Origin: Thermoanaerobaculia bacterium
GTDB lineage: Bacteria > Acidobacteriota > Thermoanaerobaculia > UBA5066
Direction: 5' to 3'
Length of the DNA: 64,000 nucleotides
NCBI GenBank assembly: GCA_963719225.1
Contig: CAVRAY010000002.1
Coordinates: 96,001 to 160,000, forward strand
Shown: positions 20,370-32,664 of the stretch, piece by piece
Numbering within the stretch: position 1 is the first letter of the stretch
Layout of the letters: every line of letters begins with the position of its first letter
Notes under the pieces: model-generated
What the model was told of the DNA's origin: nothing
What the model saw: the letters and a program-made list of their open reading frames with translations, nothing else
Databases searched by the model: none
Translations under genes and position numbers: made by a program

Positions 20370-22687
20370 AGGCTTTCGCCCGAAGGCATCCGCTCGTCGT
20401 CTTCCTCGTTCTTCACGTCGCGGGCGTCGCGCTTTTCTTTTCGCCGGCGATCCTGGTCCGCGGCATCGTGGTGCCGGCCGAGCTCCTCCACTCGTTCTAT
20501 CCCTGGGGCGCCTATTTGCAGAATCAGGTCGACCACAATGCGGAGCTGCCGGACGTCATCCTTCAGTTCTATCCGTGGTTTCTGAGGTGGGGCGAGGAGA
20601 TCCTCTCGGGCCACTGGCCGCTGTGGAATCCGGATTCGGGACTCGGCCTGCCGTTCGCCGGGAATCCCCTCACCGCGTCGTTCTTCCCCCTGACGTTCCT
20701 GGCCGTGCTCGGCCCCTGGGCGTGGACGCTCGTCCTCGCGAGCCGCCTCGTCGTCGCGGGAGCGGCCGCGTTTCTCTGGCTGCGTTCCCTCGGCCGCTCC
20801 CGAGGCGCTTCGACGCTCGGCGGTTTTGCGTTCGCGTACTCCCTTCCTTTCGTGACGTGGCTCGCGTGGCCGCACGCGAACGTCAACATGCTCCTGCCGC
20901 TCTTTCTGCTGTGGGCCGTCCGATTGGCGCGGGCGCCCAGCCCGGGCTCGGCGTGCGGCCTTGCCCTCACGCTCTTCGCGATGCACCTCGGCGGCCATCC
21001 GGAGTCGGCGTTTCTCGACCTCCTCGCCGCTCTTTTCGTCTGGGCGTTCTCGTTGCCGACGTCGCCCCGGGAGAGAATCGTGCGTTCCGGCGCCTTCTTC
21101 GCTCTCGGAGGGCTGCTCGGCACGCTCGCCGCCGCAATTCAGCTCGTGCCCTTCCTCGAGTATTTCGGCAGGAGCCGCGTTCTCCTGGAGCAGAAGCACG
21201 CGCCCCTTGTCCTCGCGAAGTCCTGGCTCGTGACGTGGATCGTCCCGCTCTTCTACGGCCGCCCGATGGATGGCATGAAGTGGCGCACCGGGTTTCTAGA
21301 CGGGGCGGCCTTTGCGGGGGCCTCGATGCTGTGCCTGGCGGGGATCGCCGTCGTGACGATTCGCCTGCGCCGAACCCTGCCCATCCTCGTCTTCGGCTTG
21401 ATTCCGGCGGGGCTGGCTTACGGCGTTCCGCCCGTCTCTTTCCTCGGAGCGCTGCCGCCGCTCGACCGAACGAATACGCATCGGTCCCTCCATATCGCGG
21501 CGCTCGCAGTCGTGACGCTGGGGGCATTCGGGTGGGACCGGCTCCTGGCGCTCGTGAGGGCGCGAGAACGACGCATCGTCTGGCGTCTCTTCGCCGTTCC
21601 GGCACTTCTCGCAGCCGCCGCCGGAGCGGGAGTCCTGATCCTCGGGCGTGCCGTGCCCGGTCGGCTCCTCCAGGCGACCGCGGTTCCGGAAACGCGCCTC
21701 GCTCTATTCTTCCTCTGCGGGCCTCTCCTTCTCGCTCTCCTCTCGCTCCGTGCGAGAGCCCTTCTCACGCCTGCGATCCTCACTCTCCTCTCGTTCGATC
21801 TCTGGCATGCCTCGTTCGGTTACTACGGCGTCGTGAACCGCGGCCTCTCGTTCTTTCCGACCGGTCTGACCGATTTTTTGCGACGGGACGCCGGCCGTTC
21901 GAGGGTCGTGCCGACCGGCCGGCTCATGCCGCCGAACCTGAATCTCCCGTATGACATCCCTAGTGTCATGTCCTACGACGCGATCGACTCGCGCGAGCAG
22001 GCGGTCTTTCTCCGGAAGCTCGGAGGCTACGACGCCACGCTGTTGTTCAGCCCCGTCGATCCACGGAAGCTCACGAATCCTCGCGTGGCCGAGCTCGCGG
22101 CTCTCAAGTACTGGCTGGACGACCCACAGAATCCACGGATGGACACTCCGGAATTCGAGAGGCGGACGGGCTTCCGGTTCACGCTCGTCTACGACCAGCC
22201 CGACGGGCGGGCCTACGAGCTCACGGACGTGCTTCCGCGCGCGCGGTTCCTCGGGCGCGCCACCGCCGATCCGGGCTTCGAAGCGTACGAAAAGCTCCTC
22301 GGAGCCCGTGACAGGAGGGCGAGCCGGGAGCTCTTCGTGGACGCGCCGAAACTGCCGCTCGAAGACGGAGGGACCGGGCGCGTCGTGGTTCTCTCGCGCC
22401 GTTCAGGCGCGATCGAGACGAGGGTCGAGAGCGAGACCGGAGGCTGGCTCGTCCTCGCCGATGCCTTCGACCCCGGCTGGACCGCCGACGTCGGCGGCCG
22501 GCCGGCGCAGGTCTATCGCGCCAACGGCCCGTTCATGGCCGTTCCGGTTCCCGCCGGATCGTCGGTCGTGAGCGTGCGTTACCGCCCCCGCTCCCTGATG
22601 TTCGGCGCGGCGCTCTCGGCCCTCGCTCTCCTTTCCCTCGCGTATCTCGGCCGTCTCGGCAGGAGGGGCCGAGCCGCTATTCGATGA
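20366..22687 (+). CDS. YfhO family polytopic membrane protein (GT-C-like)
   Basis: PLWNP..G.G.PF, many TMs, C-terminal [13 protein letters not shown]...YRANG...VPVPAG...YRP. Confidence 0.85.
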   Translation: MKAFARRHPLVVFLVLHVAGVALFFSPAILVRGIVVPAELLHSFYPWGAYLQNQVDHNAELPDVILQFYPWFLRWGEEILSGHWPLWNPDSGLGLPFAGNPLTASFFPLTFLAVLGPWAWTLVLASRLVVAGAAAFLWLRSLGRSRGASTLGGFAFAYSLPFVTWLAWPHANVNMLLPLFLLWAVRLARAPSPGSACGLALTLFAMHLGGHPESAFLDLLAALFVWAFSLPTSPRERIVRSGAFFALGGLLGTLAAAIQLVPFLEYFGRSRVLLEQKHAPLVLAKSWLVTWIVPLFYGRPMDGMKWRTGFLDGAAFAGASMLCLAGIAVVTIRLRRTLPILVFGLIPAGLAYGVPPVSFLGALPPLDRTNTHRSLHIAALAVVTLGAFGWDRLLALVRARERRIVWRLFAVPALLAAAAGAGVLILGRAVPGRLLQATAVPETRLALFFLCGPLLLALLSLRARALLTPAILTLLSFDLWHASFGYYGVVNRGLSFFPTGLTDFLRRDAGRSRVVPTGRLMPPNLNLPYDIPSVMSYDAIDSREQAVFLRKLGGYDATLLFSPVDPRKLTNPRVAELAALKYWLDDPQNPRMDTPEFERRTGFRFTLVYDQPDGRAYELTDVLPRARFLGRATADPGFEAYEKLLGARDRRASRELFVDAPKLPLEDGGTGRVVVLSRRSGAIETRVESETGGWLVLADAFDPGWTADVGGRPAQVYRANGPFMAVPVPAGSSVVSVRYRPRSLMFGAALSALALLSLAYLGRLGRRGRAAIR

Positions 22688-23828
22688 CGTGGATGTTGCG
22701 CTTCGCGCACATCTCCTTCAGGACCTTGGGCCATACCGTGACGCTGACCTCGCCGAGGTGCGCCTTCCGGAGAAGGAGCATCAGGACGCGCGACTGGCCG
22801 ATGCCGCCGCCGATCGAGAGAGGGAGCGTCCCGTTTACGATGCCCTGGTGATACGGGAACTTCAGGAAGTGGAGCTGGTGCGTGAGCTCGAGCTGCTGCT
22901 TCAGCGTCTCGGCGTTCACGCGGATGCCCATGGACGAGAGCTCGTGCCGCCGCTTCGTGATCGGGTTCCAGACGAGGATGTCGCCGTTCAGCCCGTGCAT
23001 GACGCGGCCGTCCGCCGTATGCGTTGGCGTGACCCAGTCGTCGTAGTCGGCCGCGCGCATCTCGTGCGGGTAGCCGTCCTTGAGGGTCCAGCCGATGCCG
23101 TAGATGAAGACGGCCGGATGCTCCTTGAGGATCGCCGTCTCGCGCGCCTTGCGCGGCAGGTCCGGGAACCGGTCGAGGATCTCCTCGGCGTGAAGGAACA
23201 CGAGCTTCTCGGGCAGGGTGGGGAGCTTCCTCGTCCTGAGGCCCGGAAAGGACTCGAGCGCGAACTTCTCGGCTCCCACGATCACCTTCCAGATGCCCTC
23301 GACGGTCTTCGTGAGGAAGTCGAGGTTGCGTTCCGCCGGCGTGATGGCCTTCTCCCAGTCCCACTGGTCGACGTACGCGCTGTGGTCGTGGTCGAGGAAA
23401 TAGTCCTTGCGGACCGCGCGCATGTCGGTCACGAGCCCTTCGCCGGGGTCCATCCCGAATTGTTTCAGCGCGATCCTCTTCCATTTCGTCGCGGCCTGGA
23501 CGACCTGCCCCTCGATCGGGTGCTTCTCGTTGTCGTTCGCGATGTGGAACGTCACGGGCCCGCGCGAGCCGTCGCGGTCGAGGTAGTCGTTCACGCCGCT
23601 CTCGGCGTCGACGATGAGGGGCACCTCGACCCGCATGAGGTTCAGCTCGCGGCAGAGGCCGTCTTCGATGTACCTCTTCACGGCCGTGATCGCGAGCTGC
23701 GTCTTTTTCGGGTCGAGGAGCGGCTCGTAGTCCGTCGGCAGGACCTTCTCCAGCTCCTGGTAGCTTCCGATGCCCGGACCCGCGAGGTCGGCCTTCTTGT
23801 CGAGAACTTCCGTCTTGAGCTTCGTCAT
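22677..23828 (-). CDS. asnA: Aspartate-ammonia ligase
   Basis: [44 protein letters not shown] and [10 protein letters not shown]. Confidence 0.95.
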   Translation of the reverse strand: MTKLKTEVLDKKADLAGPGIGSYQELEKVLPTDYEPLLDPKKTQLAITAVKRYIEDGLCRELNLMRVEVPLIVDAESGVNDYLDRDGSRGPVTFHIANDNEKHPIEGQVVQAATKWKRIALKQFGMDPGEGLVTDMRAVRKDYFLDHDHSAYVDQWDWEKAITPAERNLDFLTKTVEGIWKVIVGAEKFALESFPGLRTRKLPTLPEKLVFLHAEEILDRFPDLPRKARETAILKEHPAVFIYGIGWTLKDGYPHEMRAADYDDWVTPTHTADGRVMHGLNGDILVWNPITKRRHELSSMGIRVNAETLKQQLELTHQLHFLKFPYHQGIVNGTLPLSIGGGIGQSRVLMLLLRKAHLGEVSVTVWPKVLKEMCAKRNIHVIE

Positions 23829-23981
23829 GAAACTTCCTTTCTCCTAGGCCCGGGGGAAACACGAGGGCCCAGGGAAAAGGTGGTTCCAGGACCCCGGCCA
23901 AAAGACCGGTGCAGATGCATCAGGGACCGGTTCTTCGGTCCTCCGTTCCCCTATGATTCGCGCCCACGGAGGAGGTCAGCC

Positions 23982-25297
<1,316 letters not shown>

Positions 25298-25298
<1 letters not shown>

Positions 25299-26158
25299 TG
25301 ATGAAAGCTCTCGTCTTAGGCGGCACCGGCACCGTCGGCAGTCAGGTCGTGCAGGAGCTCCTCCGCCGCGGCGCGGAGGTCTCCGTTCTCACGCGCGACC
25401 CGAAGAAGCCTCTCCCGGATGGCGTGAGACGGGTCGTCGGTGACCTCCTCGACCCCGGCACGGTGCGGTCGGCGTTCGCCGGCATGGACGGTGTCTTCCT
25501 GCTCACGGCCCTGAGCGCGGGCGAGTGCCACGAAGGCCTCATGGCCGTCAACGGCTGCCGGCTCTCAGGGGTGAAGAAGGTCGTCTTCCTCTCCGTCCAC
25601 CGCGTGGACGAGGCGCCCCATCTCCCGCACTTCGGGGCGAAGCTCCCGATCGAGACGGCGATCAAGGCGTCGGGGATCCCCTTCACGATCCTGAGGCCGA
25701 ACAACTTCTACCAGAACGACACCTGGTACAAGGACGCCATGCTCTCCTACGGCGTCTACCCGCAGCCGTTCGGCGACGCGGGCCTCTCGCGCGTGGACGT
25801 CCGCGACATCGCCGAGGTCGCCGCACTCGCGCTCACGACGGACGCGGCGAAGAACGAAACGGTCAACCTCGTCGGTCCGGAGCTCCTGACCGCGACGGGC
25901 ACGGCGACGACGTGGGGCGGCGTCCTCGGCCGCAAGATCGCCTACGGGGGAAACGACCTCGACGCGTGGGAGAAGGCGTCGCTCGCGTTCCTTCCCCCGT
26001 TCGCGGTCTTCGACTTCCGGCTCATGTACGCGTTCTTCCAGGAGAAGGGCCTCAAGGCGACTCCCGAGGACGTCGCGCGCCTCACGTCCCTCCTCGGACA
26101 CGCGCCGCGCCGCTTCGACGCGTTCGCCGCCGAGACCGCCCGCGCCTGGAGCGCCTGA
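25298..26158 (+). CDS. NmrA-like/SDR NAD(P)H-binding protein
   Basis: [22 protein letters not shown] and VDVRDIAE. Confidence 0.9.
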
Positions 26159-26180
26159 GCTTCACGGTAGGATCGCGTCC

Positions 26181-26675
26181 ATGAAGAAAGGCGAGCGGCC
26201 TCTCGTCGGGGTCGTCATGGGGTCGACCTCCGACTGGGAGACGATGAAGCACGCCGACGAGCTGCTGACGCGGTTCGGCGTCACCCACGAGTGCCGGGTC
26301 ATGTCGGCCCACCGGAGCCCGAAGCTCACCGCCGAGTGGGCCACGAGCGCCGAGAAGCGCGGCCTCGCCGTCATCATCGCCGCCGCCGGCGGTGCCGCGC
26401 ACCTCGCGGGGGTCCTCGCCTCGCACACGGTCCTGCCCGTCCTGGGAGTTCCGATGGAAAGTGCTTCCTTGAAGGGCCTCGACTCGCTCCTCTCGACGGT
26501 CCAGATGCCCGCCGGCGTGCCCGTCGGAACGCTCGGTATCGGAAAGGCCGGCGCCGTGAACGCCGCCCTCCTCGCCGTTGCCATTCTCTCCATCGGCGAT
26601 CCGAGGCTCCGCGCGAAGCTGCGCGAGTTCCGCGCCGATCAGGAGAGGGCCGTCCGCTCACAGAAAGTGCCCTGA
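26181..26675 (+). CDS. purE: N5-carboxyaminoimidazole ribonucleotide mutase
   Basis: MGSTSD, SAHR, AGGAAHL and [16 protein letters not shown]. Confidence 0.97.
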   Translation: MKKGERPLVGVVMGSTSDWETMKHADELLTRFGVTHECRVMSAHRSPKLTAEWATSAEKRGLAVIIAAAGGAAHLAGVLASHTVLPVLGVPMESASLKGLDSLLSTVQMPAGVPVGTLGIGKAGAVNAALLAVAILSIGDPRLRAKLREFRADQERAVRSQKVP

Positions 26676-26680
26676 CCGTC

Positions 26681-27205
26681 ATGCGTCGATTCGCGCTTCG
26701 GGCGCTCACCGTCGTATTCGCTGCCGGCTCCGCTTTCCTCGCCGCCGCCGGGGGGATTCCCGAGACGCTGAAGCCGGAGGAGGCGCTGAACTACCGAAAG
26801 TCCGGCGCGTCGCTCGCGACTTCCGGCAAGCCCTCGCCCGCGACGCTCGCGAAGCTGAAGGAGCTGGGTTTTCGCACGGCTGTCGATCTCCGGCAGCCGG
26901 CCGAGGGGGTCGAAGCGGCCCGCAAGGCCGTGGAAGAGCAGGGGCTGAGGTTCGTGTCGGTTCCGGTTTCGCCCCAAACGTTCCGTGCGAACGACGCGAA
27001 GAAGATCGCGGCGATCCTCGACGACCCGAAGGCCGCTCCCGTCCTCCTCTATTGCTCGAGCTCGAACCGGGTGGGAGCCGTGATCGCGGTCGTCGAAGGT
27101 CTGAACGGAAGGCCGCGCGACGAGGCGCTCGCCGAAGGAAAGAAGGCGGGCCTCAAGAGCGCGCCGATGATCGAAGCCGTGGAGCGCGTCCTCGCGGGGA
27201 AGTGA
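26681..27205 (+). CDS. Secreted DUF442/protein-tyrosine-phosphatase-like (sulfur transferase) protein
   Basis: Signal peptide, SGKP, VDLR and P-loop YCSSSNR. Confidence 0.8.
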   Translation: MRRFALRALTVVFAAGSAFLAAAGGIPETLKPEEALNYRKSGASLATSGKPSPATLAKLKELGFRTAVDLRQPAEGVEAARKAVEEQGLRFVSVPVSPQTFRANDAKKIAAILDDPKAAPVLLYCSSSNRVGAVIAVVEGLNGRPRDEALAEGKKAGLKSAPMIEAVERVLAGK

Positions 27206-27225
27206 GGGAGTCAGGGAGGGTTACG

Positions 27226-28053
27226 CTACTTCGCCTCAATCGCAGTGGGTCGTTGGTGACTTCGTCGATGACCGAGGCGAAGCCGGTGAAAGCGGCGCCG
27301 GGGGTGGAGCTGGACAGGACGAGCCGGGCGCCGGTGATGAGGCCCGAAACGCCCATGTCGCGGACGAAGCGATTGATCTGTGTCATTCCGCTCGGGGGAA
27401 TGGAGTAGCTCCTCGCAGCGAGCATCGCACCGGCGGGAGACACGAGCATCGCATCCATCGTAGTGGAAACGTCAGCGTTGCTGGCGAGGATGAGATTGGA
27501 GCGGAAGCCCTCGCCCTCGCGGATGTCGAGGATCGAGCGTGACGAGCCGGCGGGAATCAGATCCGAGGCGCGGACGGCCGGAATGGTCTGGCTCAGGGTT
27601 CCCCCGAAGCCGGGCGTTGACGTCACAGAGACGATGTTGAGAGAGGGCGTGTCCGACGTGATGCGGATGGCTCCGAAGGCGGAGGTCTGGTTGAAGACCG
27701 AGCCGAGGACGTCGAAGTAGGTGACAGACTTGCCGGACTCGAGGTTGAAGGGTCTTCTTGGGGCCGCCCGAGCCATCCTGGTTGTTGCCGAGGAACTTCA
27801 TCGTGAAGGAAGCGGGCGCAGCGCCGACGTTTGCGACCGCGATGTTGGTCGTGTAGAAGGCTCCGTTGACGCCCGGAGAATGGGCGCTCGTGGAAAGGAG
27901 GAAGGTGGTGGTGGTGCCGCCCGGTGGAGCCGACAATTGCCACACGCCGCCGCCCTCCAGCCCGACGTAAAGGGTCGTCTCCTCAGTGGGGTCCAGGACC
28001 AGAACCGGTACGTTCAGGTTCGGCAGGCCCGCGTTGATGGCATACCAGGTACT
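27226..28053 (-). pseudogene. 3' half of a split BNR-repeat gene (last blade plus ~235-aa C-terminal domain)
   Basis: Near-identical to the C-terminal domain at 33307-33990; +1 frameshift near 27750 and -1 near 27248; ancestral stop TAG at 27228-27226. Confidence 0.85.
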
Positions 28054-28450
28054 GACCCGCGGACGCTTACCGGGCTCGAGCACGTTGAACGGATTCTCCG
28101 CGCGGTCGAGGACGAAGCTCTGCATGCGCTGGCTCATCCCGATACCGGCCTTCCCCGCGATCACGCTTGGCAGCCAGCCGCCCGACGGCGTGACCGAGAC
28201 GACCCAGCCCTCCGCGTCCGCCGCCTCGACGGAGGTCGTGCCGGAGAAGAAAGGCCCGGAGAAGGGAGATTCTTCGAGAGTGGAAGAGGCGGCGTCCCGG
28301 CGCGAGAGGTGGACCGCGGGTTCCGGAGCGGCCTCGCGGCGCGCCGGGGCCGTCCTCCACCTTTCTAAGAGACTCTTGAACGGATTCTCTTCTCCCTGGA
28401 ACGGATAAGGGTTCCCGGGCTTCACGTTGGGGTCGTTTCTCGTCCAGTCA
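28054..28450 (-). pseudogene. ggt: Internal fragment of a gamma-glutamyltransferase gene
   Basis: GTTSVEAADAEGWVVSVTPSGGW...GIGMSQRMQSF...PGKRPRV matches the start of the GGT small subunit (catalytic Thr); both ends of the gene are missing. Confidence 0.8.
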
Positions 28451-28784
28451 CTCGCCTTCATCCATGCTACTGCCGGATGCCTGATCATTCTGATCCGGGA
28501 ATACGCGTTGTATGCCACGGCACTCGATGTCCCCGCACTATTTTGTCAGCGGTCCCGACCGTTCACGCCCTCATGCCATCACCATTGCCGTCATGATCAG
28601 AATTGCGATGAACGCCATGAGCCGCGAAAGAACCACACGCACCTGTGGCGCCCAATGCCGCGCCCGAACGGCAAGACCGCCTAATTAAGCCTGCGCATCG
28701 GGTTAGAGCTACCGCGCAGCGTTGCCCCGCCATGCTACGGGCGGCGCATGTGGTTGAACCGCGCGATTTGAACCTCTCCGGCTC

Positions 28785-31700
28785 CTACATCTTGTAGAGG
28801 TCCTCGATTCGATACCGTCCGGGAATCTGAAGATCGCGCACTTTTTCAGGAAGGAACTTTGCTGTGATCATTTCTTGTTGGATGCTAAAATCGAGTTTGC
28901 TCGAGTCCGGGTTTGTCAAAGCGTTCAATGTATTCAATACTCGGCAATTGTTTTCGAACTGTTCCTCCACGAAGTCAATCACCGCGGTTGCCTCGGCTTG
29001 TGTCAACTTGAGTTTGCCGAGGAAGAAGGTCTCTGCTGCCCCCGCCAACCATTTGAGACTGGACTGTGGTTCAGCGGTTGTCGCGCATCCGTATGCGGCC
29101 AGTTCGTAAGTAAGCATCTGCTTGAAGCTCGCGGGTGGACCTGTCTGCCGGAATTGCTCGACGTGAACCACCTCGTGCCGCACGACGGCAGCTGAAGATC
29201 CTCGCGCGTACAACACTGCGTCTTTGGCGGACTTGCGCGACGGGCCTTTCTGTAGATCTGCGATCATCTGCAAGTAGGCCTCAATATCGACATAGATGTC
29301 GGCCGAGCTGTTGGTCCATGCGAAGAGCCCGATTGCTCGAAATCGCGCGCCGAGTGGATGGTCGCGCATCGCGTGCAGGGTCACACCCTGCAAAGACATG
29401 CCTGAAGCCTCCACGTCGTCGCGGATGAACGCGAGCATCACGGTTTCGAGCGGCTGCATCACGTTCGGAGACGCCGCCGTGAGATTCGACGCGAGTCCCC
29501 CGAGTGCCCCAACACCAAGTGCGTTCGCCGTTCCGGCCAGCATTGCCGGCGACACACCCGTCGCCGCCGTGTCCGCAAATGCAAGCTCTCGCGAGATGGC
29601 CGGGTTTCCGCCCCCGGTGCCTCCGCCTGCGCTGCCGTCGCCTCCGCCTCCGGCTCCCTGAAACTCACTCTGCGATCCTGTGACTTTGAAGCCGTCGCCT
29701 CCGCCGTCGGGTACTCCGCGCTGATCCATGTCCCGTCCGTGATTGATGCGCGCCCCGTCGGCGGAGATGTTCGAACCCGAACCACTGCCGGCGGCACCGC
29801 TACCGCCACCCTTTCCGTGCATGGTCTTCCACATGTCGGCGGCTTCCTTGCCCATTGCAACCGCCTGGTCCGTCACCGTCTTCAGATTTGCGCCTGCGAG
29901 CTTGCCGGCTTCGGTGGCCGCATTAAGGGTGCCCGCGGAAACCGCTTCCGACAGCGCCTGAGTACCGGCCAACCCGCTCATGTCTCGGAACATGTTCGCG
30001 CTGGCCACGGCGCCAAGTACCGCCGAGAGGCCCGCCGGGTCCGGGATCGTGGTTGGATTGAGTATGTTGAGGACCGGCGCACCCAGCTGGCCAGGCCTCA
30101 GGTCTTCGGCCATCGCTCGGCTGCCCATGTTGACCGCCGCGATCTCTGTCGGCTGCAGCGGAATCGGCGAGTCCTGCCAGTTCCAGAACCGCGTAATGTC
30201 CAGTTTCTCTGCCGAGTTGGAACGTCCCAGCACCGCCTCGGCGAACACGCCGCCGGTAGGGATCGGAACAAGGCGATCGTCGCGTTGTTCCGATGTAAGC
30301 GCCCGTTCATTCAAAAGCTCGCCCCATGTCGTGCCGACGTCGTCGATGCCGGCGGCCTCGTCCTCTTCGATGGGAGCGCGCAGCACGAGGTAGTTGCCGG
30401 CTACGGCCACGGGAGTCGGCTCCACCTGGTCACCCAACGGCCTGCCCTTCCACGTGAAACGCGAAAGCAGCATTACGAGCGTAGCGGAGTCCAGTCTCGC
30501 CAGCACAGCTTGAGAATAGTAGGCACGATTCGCTTGCAGATGCGCCATGAGCTCGGCTTTTCGATTCGACGGATCCGCCGTAACAAACGCGACTTTCTGC
30601 ATGCTGGTATCTGGCGCGAGGTCGAGCGGCATTGGTAGCGCGAACTGCTGTGTCGTAGTGCGATAGTGAAGCGTCATCGTGCCGGAATCGGCATCGGCGT
30701 CCACCTTCGCGACTTGAATGGTCGTGACGTTGCGCAGCGGCAGGCCGCCGGGCAGGTCGACCTGAAATGTCGTGTCAGGAACCGCGAATGTGCTGCTGTC
30801 AGCTGGCACACCTGCTTGGTCGAAACGGGCACGGTCAACGCGCACACTATCGAAGGATACGGCCACCAACTCCACGTCCCCCGGCACCGTAGCGAGCAAA
30901 GGGCCGGGACTGGTGATGCGACGAACGGCAAGCGGCGCGGGCGCCGTCAGAACAGTGGGCGCACTCGCCGACGGCTGTGCGCTCGAGGCTGGCGTCGCGA
31001 TTCCGTCCGCGGAAGTAACACGGGCCATCGTGGCCGCGACGCCAACTGCCGCCACGTCGCTGAAACGCGTCGGCAGTTGCATTCTGACCGCTGCGCGGAC
31101 CTCCACCTCGCCACGATCGTCCCGCAGCAAGGCGGCCACTCGTCGCGTAAGTGCGGCTGCGAGCAGCTGCCCGCGGAAGCGCGCCACGACGTCGGAAGCT
31201 CCGTCGCCACTGAAGTCCAGTAGTTCAAACGGCAGGAACAGCACGCGTTGCGCGGAATGCAGCTGCGCCAATACTCGGTAAATCTGCACGACCTCGTAGT
31301 ACTGCACAGTGAGCGCGTGCATGTGGTTGTAATTGGCGACCACGCGCGTGCTGACCTGCTCGTGCTCGGACTGGGACACTTCGCGGACCGACGATGCGCG
31401 CCTGTTGCGGACCGACGTTGAGTGCTGCTCGGTCCGGTCGTTTACGTGCTGAGACATTTCAGCTGTTACCGAGCGGTTGCCGACCGACCAAGAACTACTG
31501 AGGGCACTCATCTCGGTCTCCGCTTCCTGCGATGACTTGGCCATACCTGCGCCGATACCAAAGACACCGGTAACGCCCATGTAGTCGCCGGCCACGCCGC
31601 CTCCCGCGCTGACCCCGCTGGACCTGCCGACGCTGCTGGACTTCGACCAGCCTGAGCTCATCGAGCCGCCGACCTGCATCTCGCTGGCGACGGCATTCTG

Positions 31701-32516
31701 TACCTCACTGATCGCTCGCGAATGTTCGCTGGCGTTGTCCAGCCGGTCGGTCTCTTCGATCGTATCCGAGGTACTCGTGCGGGTTCTGCGGGACCAATCG
31801 ACGACGGCAATGCGCGTAGCCTCGCCCGGCGCTAGCGCGAGCGAATGAAGCATGTGTCCCAGCGTGATCCCTTTCGCGTACCACGACTGCGAAAGGGTGA
31901 CGAGCGCGCCGACTGCGGGCTTGCCGAAACCGGCCGCATCGTCTACCGCAGGCTGAAGAGAGATGACTCCCGTAAGCGGCTGCAGGGCCGTGTCTTCGGT
32001 GACGGCCAGCATGACCAGGGAGTTGTAGTAGACGCGCTCTGTCGGAAATTCGCCCAACCGCGGACGCAACGCCTCAGCATGCGCTTCTTCAGGATCGCCT
32101 CCAGCGCCGCTGGCGTCGCTCACCATGCGCTTTGCCACGAGGCGTGGCGGCCAAAGAGCAAACTCGCGAACGCTCTCAATCGCGAGCGCCTGCTTTAGGG
32201 CGTCCGCGTCTTCATTGGACATGCCCCTCAAGCTCGACAGCGACACGGACGCGCTGTCACGTTCTTCATCAGGAAGTCCCTCGATGAGGTGGTTGCGCGA
32301 CAGGCCCGTCTCGCCAGTGTCAGATTGGATCGAAGCGGCCGCGTTCGCGAATAGCCAGGATGACCCGAGGTCGAAGATGGTCTCAACCCCAATTCTCCCG
32401 AGCGCGCTGGCGGCGCTGTCGCTGACGCCGAGGAGGGCTGACACGCGCAACTGCAGGACTTCGTCCGCTGATAGGGCTGAGTAACCTGCCTTGAGATGAT
32501 CGGCGACGGTTGTCAT
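28785..32516 (-). CDS. Large hypothetical protein (1243 aa): putative beta-pore-forming/translocating core with C-terminal HExxH metallopeptidase-like domain
   Basis: Long ORF with AAGGAG RBS; S/T/G-rich alternating segment; Gly-rich linker; HEVVH at 29177-29163. The function is inferred. Confidence 0.8.
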   Translation of the reverse strand: MTTVADHLKAGYSALSADEVLQLRVSALLGVSDSAASALGRIGVETIFDLGSSWLFANAAASIQSDTGETGLSRNHLIEGLPDEERDSASVSLSSLRGMSNEDADALKQALAIESVREFALWPPRLVAKRMVSDASGAGGDPEEAHAEALRPRLGEFPTERVYYNSLVMLAVTEDTALQPLTGVISLQPAVDDAAGFGKPAVGALVTLSQSWYAKGITLGHMLHSLALAPGEATRIAVVDWSRRTRTSTSDTIEETDRLDNASEHSRAISEVQNAVASEMQVGGSMSSGWSKSSSVGRSSGVSAGGGVAGDYMGVTGVFGIGAGMAKSSQEAETEMSALSSSWSVGNRSVTAEMSQHVNDRTEQHSTSVRNRRASSVREVSQSEHEQVSTRVVANYNHMHALTVQYYEVVQIYRVLAQLHSAQRVLFLPFELLDFSGDGASDVVARFRGQLLAAALTRRVAALLRDDRGEVEVRAAVRMQLPTRFSDVAAVGVAATMARVTSADGIATPASSAQPSASAPTVLTAPAPLAVRRITSPGPLLATVPGDVELVAVSFDSVRVDRARFDQAGVPADSSTFAVPDTTFQVDLPGGLPLRNVTTIQVAKVDADADSGTMTLHYRTTTQQFALPMPLDLAPDTSMQKVAFVTADPSNRKAELMAHLQANRAYYSQAVLARLDSATLVMLLSRFTWKGRPLGDQVEPTPVAVAGNYLVLRAPIEEDEAAGIDDVGTTWGELLNERALTSEQRDDRLVPIPTGGVFAEAVLGRSNSAEKLDITRFWNWQDSPIPLQPTEIAAVNMGSRAMAEDLRPGQLGAPVLNILNPTTIPDPAGLSAVLGAVASANMFRDMSGLAGTQALSEAVSAGTLNAATEAGKLAGANLKTVTDQAVAMGKEAADMWKTMHGKGGGSGAAGSGSGSNISADGARINHGRDMDQRGVPDGGGDGFKVTGSQSEFQGAGGGGDGSAGGGTGGGNPAISRELAFADTAATGVSPAMLAGTANALGVGALGGLASNLTAASPNVMQPLETVMLAFIRDDVEASGMSLQGVTLHAMRDHPLGARFRAIGLFAWTNSSADIYVDIEAYLQMIADLQKGPSRKSAKDAVLYARGSSAAVVRHEVVHVEQFRQTGPPASFKQMLTYELAAYGCATTAEPQSSLKWLAGAAETFFLGKLKLTQAEATAVIDFVEEQFENNCRVLNTLNALTNPDSSKLDFSIQQEMITAKFLPEKVRDLQIPGRYRIEDLYKM

Positions 32517-32664
32517 GGTTGCCTCTCCTTCGCTTGGTCAACGTCAACTGAGGGATCGAAGAATTGCCGCATGAGCGCGGCGACGTCATTGACGGGATCT
32601 AAAACCATACGTGGGCGGACACCGCGTTATCAGCCGAGCTACTACGATCGGCGCATCTCGTTGT

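Larger units (their letters stand above)
28053..32664. mobile_element. ~4.6-kb insertion with no recognisable recombinase gene
   Basis: Flanks rejoin into one reading frame (GVLRSTDSG | STWYAINAGLPNL); GTAC occurs at both junctions (28049-52 and 32663-66); codon usage differs from the host. Mobility itself is not shown. Confidence 0.6.

Noticed and set aside
28427-28684. 85-aa + strand ORF as a possible immunity gene
   Set aside because: No RBS or recognisable motif, opposite orientation to the large gene, and it overlaps the ggt fragment.
28676-28712. attC-like GCCTAAT...GTTAGAG pair
   Set aside because: Too short, lacks the internal L-box symmetry, and there is no integron integrase or cassette array.
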